NCBI GenBank assembly: GCA_965116885.1
Contig: OZ220741.1
Coordinates: 4,000,001 to 4,064,000, forward strand
DNA: 64,000 nt
Direction: 5' to 3'
From: Candidatus Latescibacterota bacterium
GTDB taxonomy: Bacteria; Latescibacterota; UBA2968
The first letter of the stretch is position 1. Each line of letters starts with the position of its first letter. Made by a program: the position numbers and the translations under genes. The notes beneath the pieces are model-generated. The model was given only the letters and a program-made list of their open reading frames with translations. It did no database searches and had not been told where the DNA came from. This document shows, piece by piece, positions 45,480 through 54,640 of the stretch.

Positions 45480-46376
45480 ATGTCAGAAAAGAACTATCGC
45501 GTTGCGCCACCGGGGTTTACGCGGGATCAGTGGGACGAATTTCAGGAGGATGGCATGCTCGTTGTGGAAGACGCGTTGACGGACGAGGAATGCGATCGCT
45601 ATATCGAGATGATCGATGCTGCGGCTGCCCGCAGTGAAAAATACGACCCTGAGAAGTTTTTTGGTCCAAACAATATAGTGGAGCGGTATCCCGAATTTGC
45701 CGAGTTGATCGATCACCCCCGGCATATCGGCTTTATGCACGATGTGTATGGCGAATTGTTAAAACTCCATATTTCTCAATTTTTCTTGCGTCCTCGCGAT
45801 ACGAGCCGCAACAAGTGGCATCCCGATGGCGCGCGCGCTTTGCCCTATGGCGTTTTTTCACCGGTTTTGCCCATACAAATCAAAGTGGCGTATTGGCTGA
45901 CAGATCTTCCCGACCCGGAGATGGGGAATTTTGTCTATATGCCCGGCAGCCATAAAGGGCAGTATTTTGATTTTTACGATACCCATGATGAAGTTCCCGG
46001 CGAAAAAGTAATTTGTCCAAAGCGCGGCACGATGACGTTTATGCACTGCAATACCTGGCATCGCGTGGCGCCCAATAATACGGATGTTGTGCGGAAGAAT
46101 ATCTTTTTAGCCTATTGCCCGTCGTGGATTTGCGAGGCGGACAGGCACCAATGCGATCCCGATTGGCTCGCCACGCTCAACCGCGAGCAACGCATTATTA
46201 TGCGTAGCTACAATAGCGGATATGCGAGGACCAAGCCCGCAGCCAGTGAATTTCCACTTTTTTTGGATCGGGAAACGGGTTCTGATCGAGACTATGGCGT
46301 TTGGCCCGATCACGTTGAGTTGCATCGGCGCAAACGCATGACCACAGTTGAAAAATTTGAGTTGGCATCCGCTTGA
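45480..46376 (+). CDS. Phytanoyl-CoA dioxygenase (PhyH) family Fe(II)/2OG oxygenase
   Basis: FQEDGMLVVEDAL, WHPD, YMPGSHK, TWHRVAPN, RKNIF. Confidence 0.9.
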   Translation: MSEKNYRVAPPGFTRDQWDEFQEDGMLVVEDALTDEECDRYIEMIDAAAARSEKYDPEKFFGPNNIVERYPEFAELIDHPRHIGFMHDVYGELLKLHISQFFLRPRDTSRNKWHPDGARALPYGVFSPVLPIQIKVAYWLTDLPDPEMGNFVYMPGSHKGQYFDFYDTHDEVPGEKVICPKRGTMTFMHCNTWHRVAPNNTDVVRKNIFLAYCPSWICEADRHQCDPDWLATLNREQRIIMRSYNSGYARTKPAASEFPLFLDRETGSDRDYGVWPDHVELHRRKRMTTVEKFELASA

Positions 46377-46390
46377 TGCAGGAGGCTGTT

Positions 46391-47335
46391 GTGAAGGTAT
46401 TAATTAATGATCGCCTGGACGATCATCACCTGGTGCAGATTCAATCGTCGGCTGGAGATATCGATCTGATTATTCCCGAGTCAAGTGATGATGCGCTGGA
46501 AATTATGCCCGAAATTGACATCATTTTTGGGGGCATGAGCCGCGATATGTTCAAACGCGCCGAACGCTTGAAGTGGGTACAGACCTGGGGCGCGGGCGTC
46601 GATGGCATGATGTATGCCGAGTTTGTCCACAGTGAAGTAATTCTGACGAGTGCAAAGGGCACGGTGGGCGTTCATTTGTCGGAACACGCGATGGCTCTTT
46701 TGCTCGGATTGACCCGGGGAATTGCGCGCGCGATTAGAACGGCTGATTGGAATGAGCGCATGCCCATTCGCCACGCGTCGTGGGAATTGATCGATAAAAC
46801 AATGGGGATTGTGGGGTTGGGCGGCACGGGATGCGATGTGGCAATTCGAGCGCATGCGTTTGGCATGAAAATTATCGCTGTTGATCCAGAGGATGTCGAG
46901 GTGCCAGACTGCGTAGAGGCGTGCTGGAAGATGGATCGTTTTTACGATCTTTTATCCGCGTCTGATATCGTGGTGGTCTGCTGTCCGTTGACAGAGGAAA
47001 CGCGATGGCTCTTTGACCGCCTGGCATTTGAGAAGATGCAGAATCACGCGCTTTTGATCAATGTCACGCGGGGTAAAATTATGGATGAATCATCTCTGGT
47101 CGAGGCATTAGAAACTGGACAGATTGCCGGGGCGGGGTTAGATGTGACGCCACAAGAGCCATTGCCGGACGATCATCCTCTGTGGAATATGCCCAATGTC
47201 ATTATCACACCGCATACTGCGGGGGGGTCTCCCAATAGGCAGGATCGCATTGTGGATTTGTTTTGCGAAAACCTGCGGCGTTTTCTGAATGGGGAAGATA
47301 TGCTGAGTGTGATCGATAAAAATAAGGGGTATTGA
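46391..47335 (+). CDS. D-2-hydroxyacid dehydrogenase family protein
   Basis: GAGVD, SEHA, GIVGLGGTG, LINVTRG, GAGLDV, EPLP, IITPHTAG; GTG start after AGGAGG (ATG 46376 is an alternative). Confidence 0.93.
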   Translation: MKVLINDRLDDHHLVQIQSSAGDIDLIIPESSDDALEIMPEIDIIFGGMSRDMFKRAERLKWVQTWGAGVDGMMYAEFVHSEVILTSAKGTVGVHLSEHAMALLLGLTRGIARAIRTADWNERMPIRHASWELIDKTMGIVGLGGTGCDVAIRAHAFGMKIIAVDPEDVEVPDCVEACWKMDRFYDLLSASDIVVVCCPLTEETRWLFDRLAFEKMQNHALLINVTRGKIMDESSLVEALETGQIAGAGLDVTPQEPLPDDHPLWNMPNVIITPHTAGGSPNRQDRIVDLFCENLRRFLNGEDMLSVIDKNKGY

Positions 47336-47429
47336 ATACGTTTTCTCTTGACATAATGTTACAAATATATTGATATTTTCAACGAAGCAGGTGCTGGCGT
47401 GTATTATTCAGTATAATTCTATGTCTTTA

Positions 47430-47564
47430 ATGGTCTCGGGCAAGGGTGACCCGAGGTCATGTGCCCTTCTCTCAAGTAGGAATCCCTGTGTTGGGGTCAC
47501 CGAATCGGGAGAAGGGCGTTTTTTGTGTGGCAGCCCCCTCGTAAGGCGTTATATTAGGCTGTCA
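47430..47564 (+). ncRNA. Putative structured cis-regulatory leader (riboswitch/attenuator-like), family not recognised
   Basis: 11-bp hairpin 47430-47460; GCCCTTCTC/GAGAAGGGC stem followed by a U6 tract; alternative pairing GGTGACCC/GGGTCACC; third stem TGGCAGCC/GGCTGTCA. Confidence 0.45.
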
Positions 47565-47588
47565 GAAAGGTAAGAAGGAGGTTTTTGA

Positions 47589-49535
47589 GTGGCTTTAGCA
47601 AGAGAAGCTGTTGTTCCTGAATCTGCCAGACCTGCCGTGACGTTCCGCGCACTCGTTTTGGGTACTTTTCTCACGGCGATGGCGACGATTGCCGGGTCTT
47701 ACGCGAGATTTATTCTTCACACTACGAGGTTGGACCAAAACCATCTTTCAGTCGCTGCTGTTTTTCCCATTGTTGTGATCGCGCTCGTGCTTTTGCGCCC
47801 GCTCAAGCTGAGCCGGGGCGAGCTTATTGTCATGTTTTCTATGGCATTGATTGGCGCGACTATGCCCACGTATTTTGTTGGGAAATTGATCGCCAATTTT
47901 ACGGTGCCGTACTATTTGGCAACACCCGAGAATCAGTGGGCAACCTATTACGAACCCTATTTGCCAGAGTGGTCTATTCTGCCCGCAGGCGAATCTCTGC
48001 GATGGTTTTTTGAAGGGCTACCGCGCGGGGTTTCCGTACCGTGGAATGCGTGGATTGTGCCCGTGTTCTGGTGGATGACCGTGATTGCGGCTTTTTATGG
48101 CTGTTGCCTTTTTCTCATGGTCATTCTGCGAAAGCAGTGGATAGAGCACGAGCGCATTGATTATCCGCTGATGGAAATGCCTTTAGCCGTGATGGAAGAG
48201 GACAACAGGCGGGGCTTTTTTCCAATACCCATTATGAATAACCCGTTGTTCTGGGCGGGTTTCAGTCTTACGTTGTGTATTATTCTCTGGAATGTCATTT
48301 CCTATTTTAGTCCGACTTTTCCGACGATTCCATGGCGCTTTGCGAGTATTCAGTTTGGGCGTGAATTTCCCCCGATTCCCGTGCGGCTATATCTGATGGT
48401 TGTGGGCTTCGGATATTTTATTAACCTGGATATTTCGCTGAGTCTGTGGGTGTTCAATGTGCTGACCAATCTGGAAAATGGCTTTTTTAATCGTTTTGGC
48501 CTGAAGGCTGGTGCAGATGAAGAGTATTCCACAGGACCGCTGGCGATGGGCGCGCAATCTATGGGGGCGTTTATTGTGGTGGTACTCGTGGGATTCTGGA
48601 TGGCGCGCGGGCACTTGCGCGGGGTTTTTCGCAAGGCATTTTATCGCGATGATTCGGTTGACGATTCCGATGAGATCGTTTCATATCGCACGGCGGTTTT
48701 TGGCCTTATAGCCTGTTCTGCCTATCTGGTTGTCTGGCATTTGGCAACGGGCATGGCGTTTAAGTATATCCCGATTTTCCTTTTTGGTGCTCTGGTCATG
48801 TATCTGGGGATTACGCGGGTTATAGCAGAGACCGGTCTGATTTCTATTCGCGCCCCCCTGATGCCGCAACCTTTTGCCATGTTTGTGATGGGGTCAGATG
48901 TGCTTTCGCAGCAGACGCAGGTTTCTATCGCGCTTTCGTATTCATGGTGCAGCGATACCAAAACCACGATCATGCCCGCGCTTGCCCATTCCGTAAAGCT
49001 TTACGATACTATCCGGGTCAATCAGCGGAGGTTGATCATTCCCATTGTTCTGGCAATGGGTGCCGGGGTGTTGGCTACATTTGTCTATACAATTTATATG
49101 GGCTATTTGAATGGCGCTGCAAATTACGGCGGTATTTTTCACGGAGGTCTCGCGCGGTTTCCCTGGGATAATCTGGTCAAGAAGTCAAAAGATCCATTTT
49201 CTGTGCAGTGGTTGCCTATTATGTATATGGGTATTGGCGCCGCGGTGACGCTGCTTTTTATGATTTTGCGCTATCGAGTCGCGTGGTGGCCGCTACATCC
49301 GATTGGATTTGCGGCTGGGCCGGTTTATCCAGTTAATAATGTCATTTTTGCAATTTTTCTCGCCTGGGCGATTAAGTCTATTGTATTGCGGATTGGGGGC
49401 ATTCGCGCCTATCGCACGGGTCGGCCTTTTTTTATTGGGCTTATTATGGGGCATTTTGTGGGAGCTGGTATTTCGTTTGTCGTCGATATGATTTGGTTTC
49501 CTGGGCAGGGGCATAGCATTCCGTTTTCGGATTGA
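47589..49535 (+). CDS. Large multi-pass membrane protein, DUF6785/DUF6784-like putative transporter
   Basis: LSRGEL, LRKQWIEHERIDYPL, WWPLHPIG, IKSIVLRIGG..AYR..RPFFIGLIMG; AAGGAGG RBS. Confidence 0.75.
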   Translation: MALAREAVVPESARPAVTFRALVLGTFLTAMATIAGSYARFILHTTRLDQNHLSVAAVFPIVVIALVLLRPLKLSRGELIVMFSMALIGATMPTYFVGKLIANFTVPYYLATPENQWATYYEPYLPEWSILPAGESLRWFFEGLPRGVSVPWNAWIVPVFWWMTVIAAFYGCCLFLMVILRKQWIEHERIDYPLMEMPLAVMEEDNRRGFFPIPIMNNPLFWAGFSLTLCIILWNVISYFSPTFPTIPWRFASIQFGREFPPIPVRLYLMVVGFGYFINLDISLSLWVFNVLTNLENGFFNRFGLKAGADEEYSTGPLAMGAQSMGAFIVVVLVGFWMARGHLRGVFRKAFYRDDSVDDSDEIVSYRTAVFGLIACSAYLVVWHLATGMAFKYIPIFLFGALVMYLGITRVIAETGLISIRAPLMPQPFAMFVMGSDVLSQQTQVSIALSYSWCSDTKTTIMPALAHSVKLYDTIRVNQRRLIIPIVLAMGAGVLATFVYTIYMGYLNGAANYGGIFHGGLARFPWDNLVKKSKDPFSVQWLPIMYMGIGAAVTLLFMILRYRVAWWPLHPIGFAAGPVYPVNNVIFAIFLAWAIKSIVLRIGGIRAYRTGRPFFIGLIMGHFVGAGISFVVDMIWFPGQGHSIPFSD

Positions 49536-49573
49536 TCCGCAGATGAACGCAGATGAACGCAGATGAAAGGCAA
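49533..49573 (+). repeat. Decamer tandem repeat (CGCAGATGAA) x3, dispersed family
   Basis: TGATC-CGCAGATGAA x3-AGGCAA; related copies at 53263, 54472 and 39823. Confidence 0.85.
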
Positions 49574-49584
49574 GGGGTTGGGGG

Positions 49585-49609
49585 ACTGACAACTGATAAC
49601 TGACAACTG
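49585..49609. repeat. Heptamer tandem repeat (ACTGAYA) x3.5
   Basis: actgaca actgata actgaca actg. Confidence 0.8.
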
Positions 49610-49619
49610 GAGTCTTAAA

Positions 49620-50711
49620 ATGAAAATTACAGGTATTGAACTCGACGCCGTGCAGGTCAATCACCGGGGAGATTGGGTGTTTGTACATGTGCTCACTGAT
49701 GGGGGTATCCGGGGGATAGGGGAGATGCGCTCGGGTAGCAATTATGCGGCGCAGTTGGCGGCTTTGCGCGATTTGGGCGAAGCGGCCAAAGGGTGCGATC
49801 CGAGAAAAATTGAGGCTTTTGTGTCGCGCTATACAAGCACAGAGCGCACAAAGGTGGAATTGTTCGCCTTGAGTGCGTTTGAACAGGCATTGTGGGATAT
49901 TTTGGGCAAATCGCTCAATGCGCCTGTTCACGCGCTTTTGGGGGGCGCCTGTCGAGACGAGATCCGGCTGTATGCGAATATCAATCGGGCGACGACAGAT
50001 CGGTCTCCCGAGGGATTTGCCAGGAATGCCGCTGCTGCAGTGGCAGAGGGGTTTGATGCAGTCAAGTTGGATCCTTTTGACGGGGTACGCGGTGCCGATA
50101 ATGCCAGAGACGCAGCAAGGGGAATTGCGTGTATGCGTGCAGTTCGTGAAGCCATCGGGACAGAGGTCGATTTGCTCGTGGATTGTCACAGTAAGTTCAC
50201 GGTTCGCGGCGCAATTGAGGTCGCGGATGCGTTGCGCGATGTCAATCTGTTCTGGTTTGAGCAACCCACACCCGAAGCGAGTCTCGATAATTGTCTCGCG
50301 GTTAAAGAAGGATGTGGACTGACCATTGCGGGAGGCGAGCAGCGGGGATTGCGGCGGGATTGGGTTGAGGTGGTGGAGAATCTCAGCATGCATATTCCCA
50401 TGCCCGATGTGACGGTTGTAGGCGGTATCGGCGAGTTAAAAAAAATAGGAGATATGCTCCACGCCTGGGGGCTGCCCACTGCGCCACACGGTCCTTTTGG
50501 TCCGGTGGTGATCGCGGCTGGCGTGCATGCGATGGCTTCTTTGCCGGGATTTCTCATTCTGGAATACGGATGGGGAGAAATTCCCTGGCGAAAAGATTTG
50601 ACCATTCCAGGCGAGGAGGTTGTGAATGGACGCATTCGCATCAATGATCGGCCAGGTCTCGGCGTTGAATTAAATCCCGATATGGTAGAGAAGCACAGAG
50701 TTCAGGTGTGA
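49620..50711 (+). CDS. Mandelate racemase/galactonate dehydratase-like enolase-superfamily enzyme
   Basis: WVFVHVLTDGGIRGIGE, QALWDILGK, KLDPF, VDCH, FEQP, GGE, PGLGVE. Confidence 0.92.
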   Translation: MKITGIELDAVQVNHRGDWVFVHVLTDGGIRGIGEMRSGSNYAAQLAALRDLGEAAKGCDPRKIEAFVSRYTSTERTKVELFALSAFEQALWDILGKSLNAPVHALLGGACRDEIRLYANINRATTDRSPEGFARNAAAAVAEGFDAVKLDPFDGVRGADNARDAARGIACMRAVREAIGTEVDLLVDCHSKFTVRGAIEVADALRDVNLFWFEQPTPEASLDNCLAVKEGCGLTIAGGEQRGLRRDWVEVVENLSMHIPMPDVTVVGGIGELKKIGDMLHAWGLPTAPHGPFGPVVIAAGVHAMASLPGFLILEYGWGEIPWRKDLTIPGEEVVNGRIRINDRPGLGVELNPDMVEKHRVQV

Positions 50712-50737
50712 TGTCCCAAAAAACAAAGGAGTATTCG

Positions 50738-51595
50738 ATGTTTAAAAGTCTCAATGCGGGTGCTATTGGCGTAAGAGGAAGCATTGATGAGTTGATCGGC
50801 TATGCAAAACGCGCTGGTTTTCAGGGGGTTGATCCCAATATTCAGGAGATTACTTCTCTGGTCAATGCACATGGTGCAGAACATGTGAAAGGGCTGTTTG
50901 CCGATGCGGGTTTGAGAATAGGCGCGTGGGGGTTGTCTGTGAATTGGCGAGGCGATGAAGCCGAGTACAAGGCTGGCTTATCACAACTGGCCGATTTCGC
51001 CGCTGCCGGTGCCGCTGTGGGGGCTACGCGGGTTGCTCAATGGGTGCCAGCGGCTTCTGAAGACCTCAAATTTGGCGACAATTTCAGGTGGCATATTGAT
51101 CGCTTTAAACCGATTGCCGAAATTTTGGGTGAGCATGGATGTAGCCTGGGGCTGGAGTTTATCGGGCCGCGCACCCTGCGGGTTGATAAATCTTATGGGT
51201 TTATTCATTCGATGGATGGCATGCTCGCGCTTGGTCATGCGATTGGCACCGGCAATGTGGGGCTGCTTCTCGATTGCTGGCACTGGTACACGGGTTTGGG
51301 GACTATATCAGACCTGATGGGATTAACCGCTGACGATGTGGTGCATGTCCACGTCAATGATGCGCCCGATGGCGTTGATGTGAGCGATCAGATTGACAAT
51401 AAACGCGCCTTGCCGGGTGAGACGGGTGTGATCGATCTGGTTGGCTTTCTGAGCGCGTTGCAAAAAATTGGCTATGACGGTCCGGTGTCGCCCGAGCCTT
51501 TTAGCCAGTCGGTGCGAGAAATGGCGGCACAAGATGCCGTGCAAACAACACACGACGCGCTGGATGAGAGTTGGCAAGCCGCTCAGTTATCCTGA
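50738..51595 (+). CDS. Sugar phosphate isomerase/epimerase (AP_endonuc_2 TIM barrel)
   Basis: LGLEF, LLDCWH, HVHVND, PGETG, GYDGPVSPEPF. Confidence 0.9.
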   Translation: MFKSLNAGAIGVRGSIDELIGYAKRAGFQGVDPNIQEITSLVNAHGAEHVKGLFADAGLRIGAWGLSVNWRGDEAEYKAGLSQLADFAAAGAAVGATRVAQWVPAASEDLKFGDNFRWHIDRFKPIAEILGEHGCSLGLEFIGPRTLRVDKSYGFIHSMDGMLALGHAIGTGNVGLLLDCWHWYTGLGTISDLMGLTADDVVHVHVNDAPDGVDVSDQIDNKRALPGETGVIDLVGFLSALQKIGYDGPVSPEPFSQSVREMAAQDAVQTTHDALDESWQAAQLS

Positions 51596-51606
51596 GGAGA
51601 ATTGCG

Positions 51607-52161
51607 ATGGAGGCTTTTGTCGAGAATTATATCGCGCAAAATTTGGCTTTGCTCAAGTCACTGGATGCTGGGGCGATAGCCTGTATTATTGCCGAGTTTG
51701 GCAAAGCGAGAGATACGCATAAGAGAATTTATGCCATTGGCAATGGGGGCAGCGCGAGTACGGCGTCGCATTTTGTCAACGATATGGGCAAGGGCGCTTC
51801 AATTGGGCGCGAAACGCGCTTTAAGACGATTCCGCTGACGGATAATGTGGAGTGGATGACGGCGTTGAGCAATGATTTGTGCTACGAAGATGTGTACGTC
51901 GAACAATTGAAAAATTTTGCGGAACCCGGCGATGTTTTGCTGGCGATAAGCGGCAGTGGTAATTCCGAAAATGTGTTGCGGGCAGTGCGATATGCCAATG
52001 AGGTTGGCTGTGTCACCATTGGGTTTACGGGATTTGAGGGTGGACAGCTTAGAGAACTCGTTCAACATTGTGTGGTGATTCCCTCTGACCACATGGGGCG
52101 CATCGAAGATATGCATCTTATTTTGCAGCACATGATCTGTTATTATTTTATCGAACAGTGA
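51607..52161 (+). CDS. SIS-domain protein (GmhA/phosphoheptose isomerase-like)
   Basis: GNGGSASTASH, SND, GDVLLAISGSGNSENV, TGFEGG, EDMH. Confidence 0.9.
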   Translation: MEAFVENYIAQNLALLKSLDAGAIACIIAEFGKARDTHKRIYAIGNGGSASTASHFVNDMGKGASIGRETRFKTIPLTDNVEWMTALSNDLCYEDVYVEQLKNFAEPGDVLLAISGSGNSENVLRAVRYANEVGCVTIGFTGFEGGQLRELVQHCVVIPSDHMGRIEDMHLILQHMICYYFIEQ

Positions 52162-52170
52162 GCATCATGC

Positions 52171-53199
52171 ATGGTTCGACTATTTGGGTGTCTGCTAATT
52201 CTCGTGTTCGGTTTTGGATCCGAGATCGGGTATCTCTATCAGTTGCTCAAAGGGCAGGTCGCGCTTCTGTGGAAAGCAGAACCCATTGACGAGGTGCTGA
52301 AAGCGAGAACGCTCTCGCCCGATCAGCGCGCAAAACTGGAACTCGTGCAGGCTATTCGCGCGTTTGCCCAGAGCGAAATCGGTCTGAATACCTCGAAAAA
52401 TTACACCACGTATGTCGATATCGGACGCGGGCCGGTGTCGTGGAATCTGGTTGTTTGTCCCAAAGATCGTCTTGAACCGCTCGAGTGGTCTTATCCTGTT
52501 GTGGGCGCGGTTCCTTACCGGGGATATTTTGATCGCGCAAAAGCTGAGGAAGCGCGCGATCGATATGTGGCTGAAGGGTATGATACTTATTTGCGACCGG
52601 TGAGCGCGTATAGTACGCTGGGGTGGTTTTCCGATCCGGTATTGAGCACCATGTTGCGCTATCTCGAAGGCGATCTGGCCGATCTCATTATTCACGAGTT
52701 GACGCATGCAACTGTGTGGATTGAGGGGGATGTTACCTTTAATGAGAGTCTGGCGAGTTTTGTTGGTGAAACCGGGGCACTGATATGGTTGCAGCGCAAA
52801 TACGGTACCGATTCCGAAGCAGTGCACCGGGTGCTTGACGAGCGTGTAGATGGTGTTGTTTTTCGCAAATTTATGCGCGATATTGCCTCTCGTCTCGATT
52901 CACTTTACCAGTCCGATTCTCCCCATAAGATAACGCAACGCCAGCAGGTTTTTGATTCTGCACGCACAGAATTTCACACTCTCCCTCTTAAGACTGATCT
53001 ATATGCCCGCTTTCCTTCGTGGGAACTCAACAATGCGCGGATGGCTCTTTACCGGGTTTACCGGGAGCGGACTGATATTTTTGCGCGCGTATATCTGGCG
53101 TGTGATAATGATTTGAAAGCGACTGTTGAGGTTTTGCAACAGTGTGCGAGCGCAGAGGATCCGGGATTGTGGCTGGAGGAATGGTTGCGTAAAAATTAG
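52171..53199 (+). CDS. Putative zinc aminopeptidase (DUF2265-like)
   Basis: PVVGAVPYRGYF, AYSTLGWFSDP, IIHELTHAT, FNESLASFVG, NNA. Confidence 0.88.
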   Translation: MVRLFGCLLILVFGFGSEIGYLYQLLKGQVALLWKAEPIDEVLKARTLSPDQRAKLELVQAIRAFAQSEIGLNTSKNYTTYVDIGRGPVSWNLVVCPKDRLEPLEWSYPVVGAVPYRGYFDRAKAEEARDRYVAEGYDTYLRPVSAYSTLGWFSDPVLSTMLRYLEGDLADLIIHELTHATVWIEGDVTFNESLASFVGETGALIWLQRKYGTDSEAVHRVLDERVDGVVFRKFMRDIASRLDSLYQSDSPHKITQRQQVFDSARTEFHTLPLKTDLYARFPSWELNNARMALYRVYRERTDIFARVYLACDNDLKATVEVLQQCASAEDPGLWLEEWLRKN

Positions 53200-53228
53200 G
53201 AATTGAGAATTGGGAATTGGAAATAGGG
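53194..53228. repeat. Heptamer tandem repeat (AATTGGG-like) x5 overlapping the stop codon
   Basis: aattagg aattgag aattggg aattgga aataggg. Confidence 0.75.
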
Positions 53229-53262
53229 CAGCCTGACAATTCGTGGTTTTTTCTTTATCCCG

Positions 53263-53301
53263 TTGCCTTTCATCTGCGTACATCTGCGTACATCTGCGGA
53301 T
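53263..53301 (-). repeat. Decamer tandem repeat (CGCAGATGTA), inverted family copy
   Basis: Minus strand ATCCGCAGATGTACGCAGATGTACGCAGATGAAAGGCAA. Confidence 0.85.
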
Positions 53302-53319
53302 TGGCCTTTGGAGGTTGTT

Positions 53320-54474
53320 ATGACTTACAGAGTCGGTATTATTGGATGCGGTTCAATTGCGCGCAGTCACGCCGATGGGTATTTGCGCGTGGCCAATGCA
53401 GAGATGGTGGCGGTTGCCGATCCCCATCCGGTTGCACGCGAGCAATTTTGCGAGGAGTTTGGCATTCCCAATGCCTATGCTTCGGTAGAGGAGATGGTGA
53501 CAAAGGAAGACCTCGATATCGTCAGCGTTTGCACATGGCATCTTCTCCATCCGGATTGTACGATTGGCGCGGCGAATGGCGGTGTGCCGGGTATTATTTG
53601 CGAAAAGCCTATGGCGATTGGCATTGGTGAGGCAGATCGCATGCTGGATGCGTGTGAAAAAAATGGAACGAAGCTGGTGGTCAGCCATCAGCGGCGTTTT
53701 ACGCCCGGTTGGGAAAAAGCGCGGGATTTGATGCGGCAGAAGGTTATTGGCGAGGCCATAATGGTGCATGGACAGGTCGCGCAGGGGTTGATCAACTGGG
53801 CGACGCATACTATCGACGGCATTCGGTTTGTATTGGACGATCCAGAGGGCGAATGGGTGATGGGTGCTGTCGAGCGGCAGACCGATCGCTTTGAGCGCGA
53901 TACGCCGATTGAGGATGCGTGTATGGGGTTGGTCGCGTTTGCCAATGGCGCTCAGGCTTTGATTCAGGCGGATTTAAACAGACCCGGTGAACAGGCAGGG
54001 CATTTTCAGATTCGCGGCTCAGAGGGATTGATGGAGGTGACCGAAAACTCGATTCGCATGTTCAATGCAACGACCGATGGATGGAAGGATGTGGAAATTG
54101 TAGATGATGAGGGGCATCGCGCAATTGGCGGCGAGACCAATGCCGATTCTGTGCGCGAGTTGATCGCGTGGTTGGAAGGGGGGGAGGAACACCGCGCTTC
54201 GGGACGCAAAGCTCGTGCAACCGTCGAGATTATGATGGCGCTGTTTGAATCCGCACGGCAACATCGGGTTGTGCATCTGCCGCTCGAGGAAATGGGTTAT
54301 CCGCTACAATTGATGATTGAAGAGGGCAAGTTGCCCGTTGCAGTGCCCGGGCGATACGATATTCGCGCATTTCTCAATCCCGAAGGGATGGATGAAGCGG
54401 CTTACAGGCGGCTGAGAGCCGAAGGTGTGAGCCATTCTGCGGCGATGCGTCAGCTTGCAGAAGAAAAGCAATGA
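53320..54474 (+). CDS. Gfo/Idh/MocA family oxidoreductase
   Basis: IIGCGSIA, ICEKPMA, HQRRF, THTID; GGAGG RBS. Confidence 0.93.
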   Translation: MTYRVGIIGCGSIARSHADGYLRVANAEMVAVADPHPVAREQFCEEFGIPNAYASVEEMVTKEDLDIVSVCTWHLLHPDCTIGAANGGVPGIICEKPMAIGIGEADRMLDACEKNGTKLVVSHQRRFTPGWEKARDLMRQKVIGEAIMVHGQVAQGLINWATHTIDGIRFVLDDPEGEWVMGAVERQTDRFERDTPIEDACMGLVAFANGAQALIQADLNRPGEQAGHFQIRGSEGLMEVTENSIRMFNATTDGWKDVEIVDDEGHRAIGGETNADSVRELIAWLEGGEEHRASGRKARATVEIMMALFESARQHRVVHLPLEEMGYPLQLMIEEGKLPVAVPGRYDIRAFLNPEGMDEAAYRRLRAEGVSHSAAMRQLAEEKQ

Positions 54475-54503
54475 TCCGCAGATGGGCGCAGATGAACGCA
54501 GAC
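54472..54503 (+). repeat. Decamer repeat family copy starting at the stop codon
   Basis: TGATCCGCAGATGGGCGCAGATGAACGCAGAC. Confidence 0.8.
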
Positions 54504-54528
54504 CATACGGCACGACAAAACGCACAGG

Positions 54529-54629
54529 CGAATCTACGAATCAACGACGCAATTCGGACTAACCTGGGGTGGCGGAGCGGGATGAACTGCTGATGCAGTT
54601 GTACCCCGTTCCGTCTATTCGTCTATTCG
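54529..54629. repeat. Octamer-armed foldback element
   Basis: cgaatctacgaatcaacga ... ccgtctattcgtctattcg with internal hairpin cggagcggg...aactgc-tgat-gcagtt...cccgttccg. Confidence 0.65.
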
Positions 54630-54640
54630 GATTTTTTATT

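Noticed and set aside
49293..50393. 366-aa minus-strand ORF spanning the repeats
   Set aside because: Antisense to two well-supported genes; includes translated repeat sequence
51607..52161. Gene symbol gmhA
   Set aside because: The motifs fit the family, but the context is catabolic with no heptose pathway genes, so the symbol is withheld
53217..53319. Extended N-termini of the ORFs at 53217, 53263 and 54569
   Set aside because: They are translations of intergenic repeats; downstream ATGs at 53320 and 54641 match the family starts
49533..54629. Short repeat arrays as a CRISPR array
   Set aside because: Units are 7-10 nt, tandem, without unique spacers, and no cas genes are present
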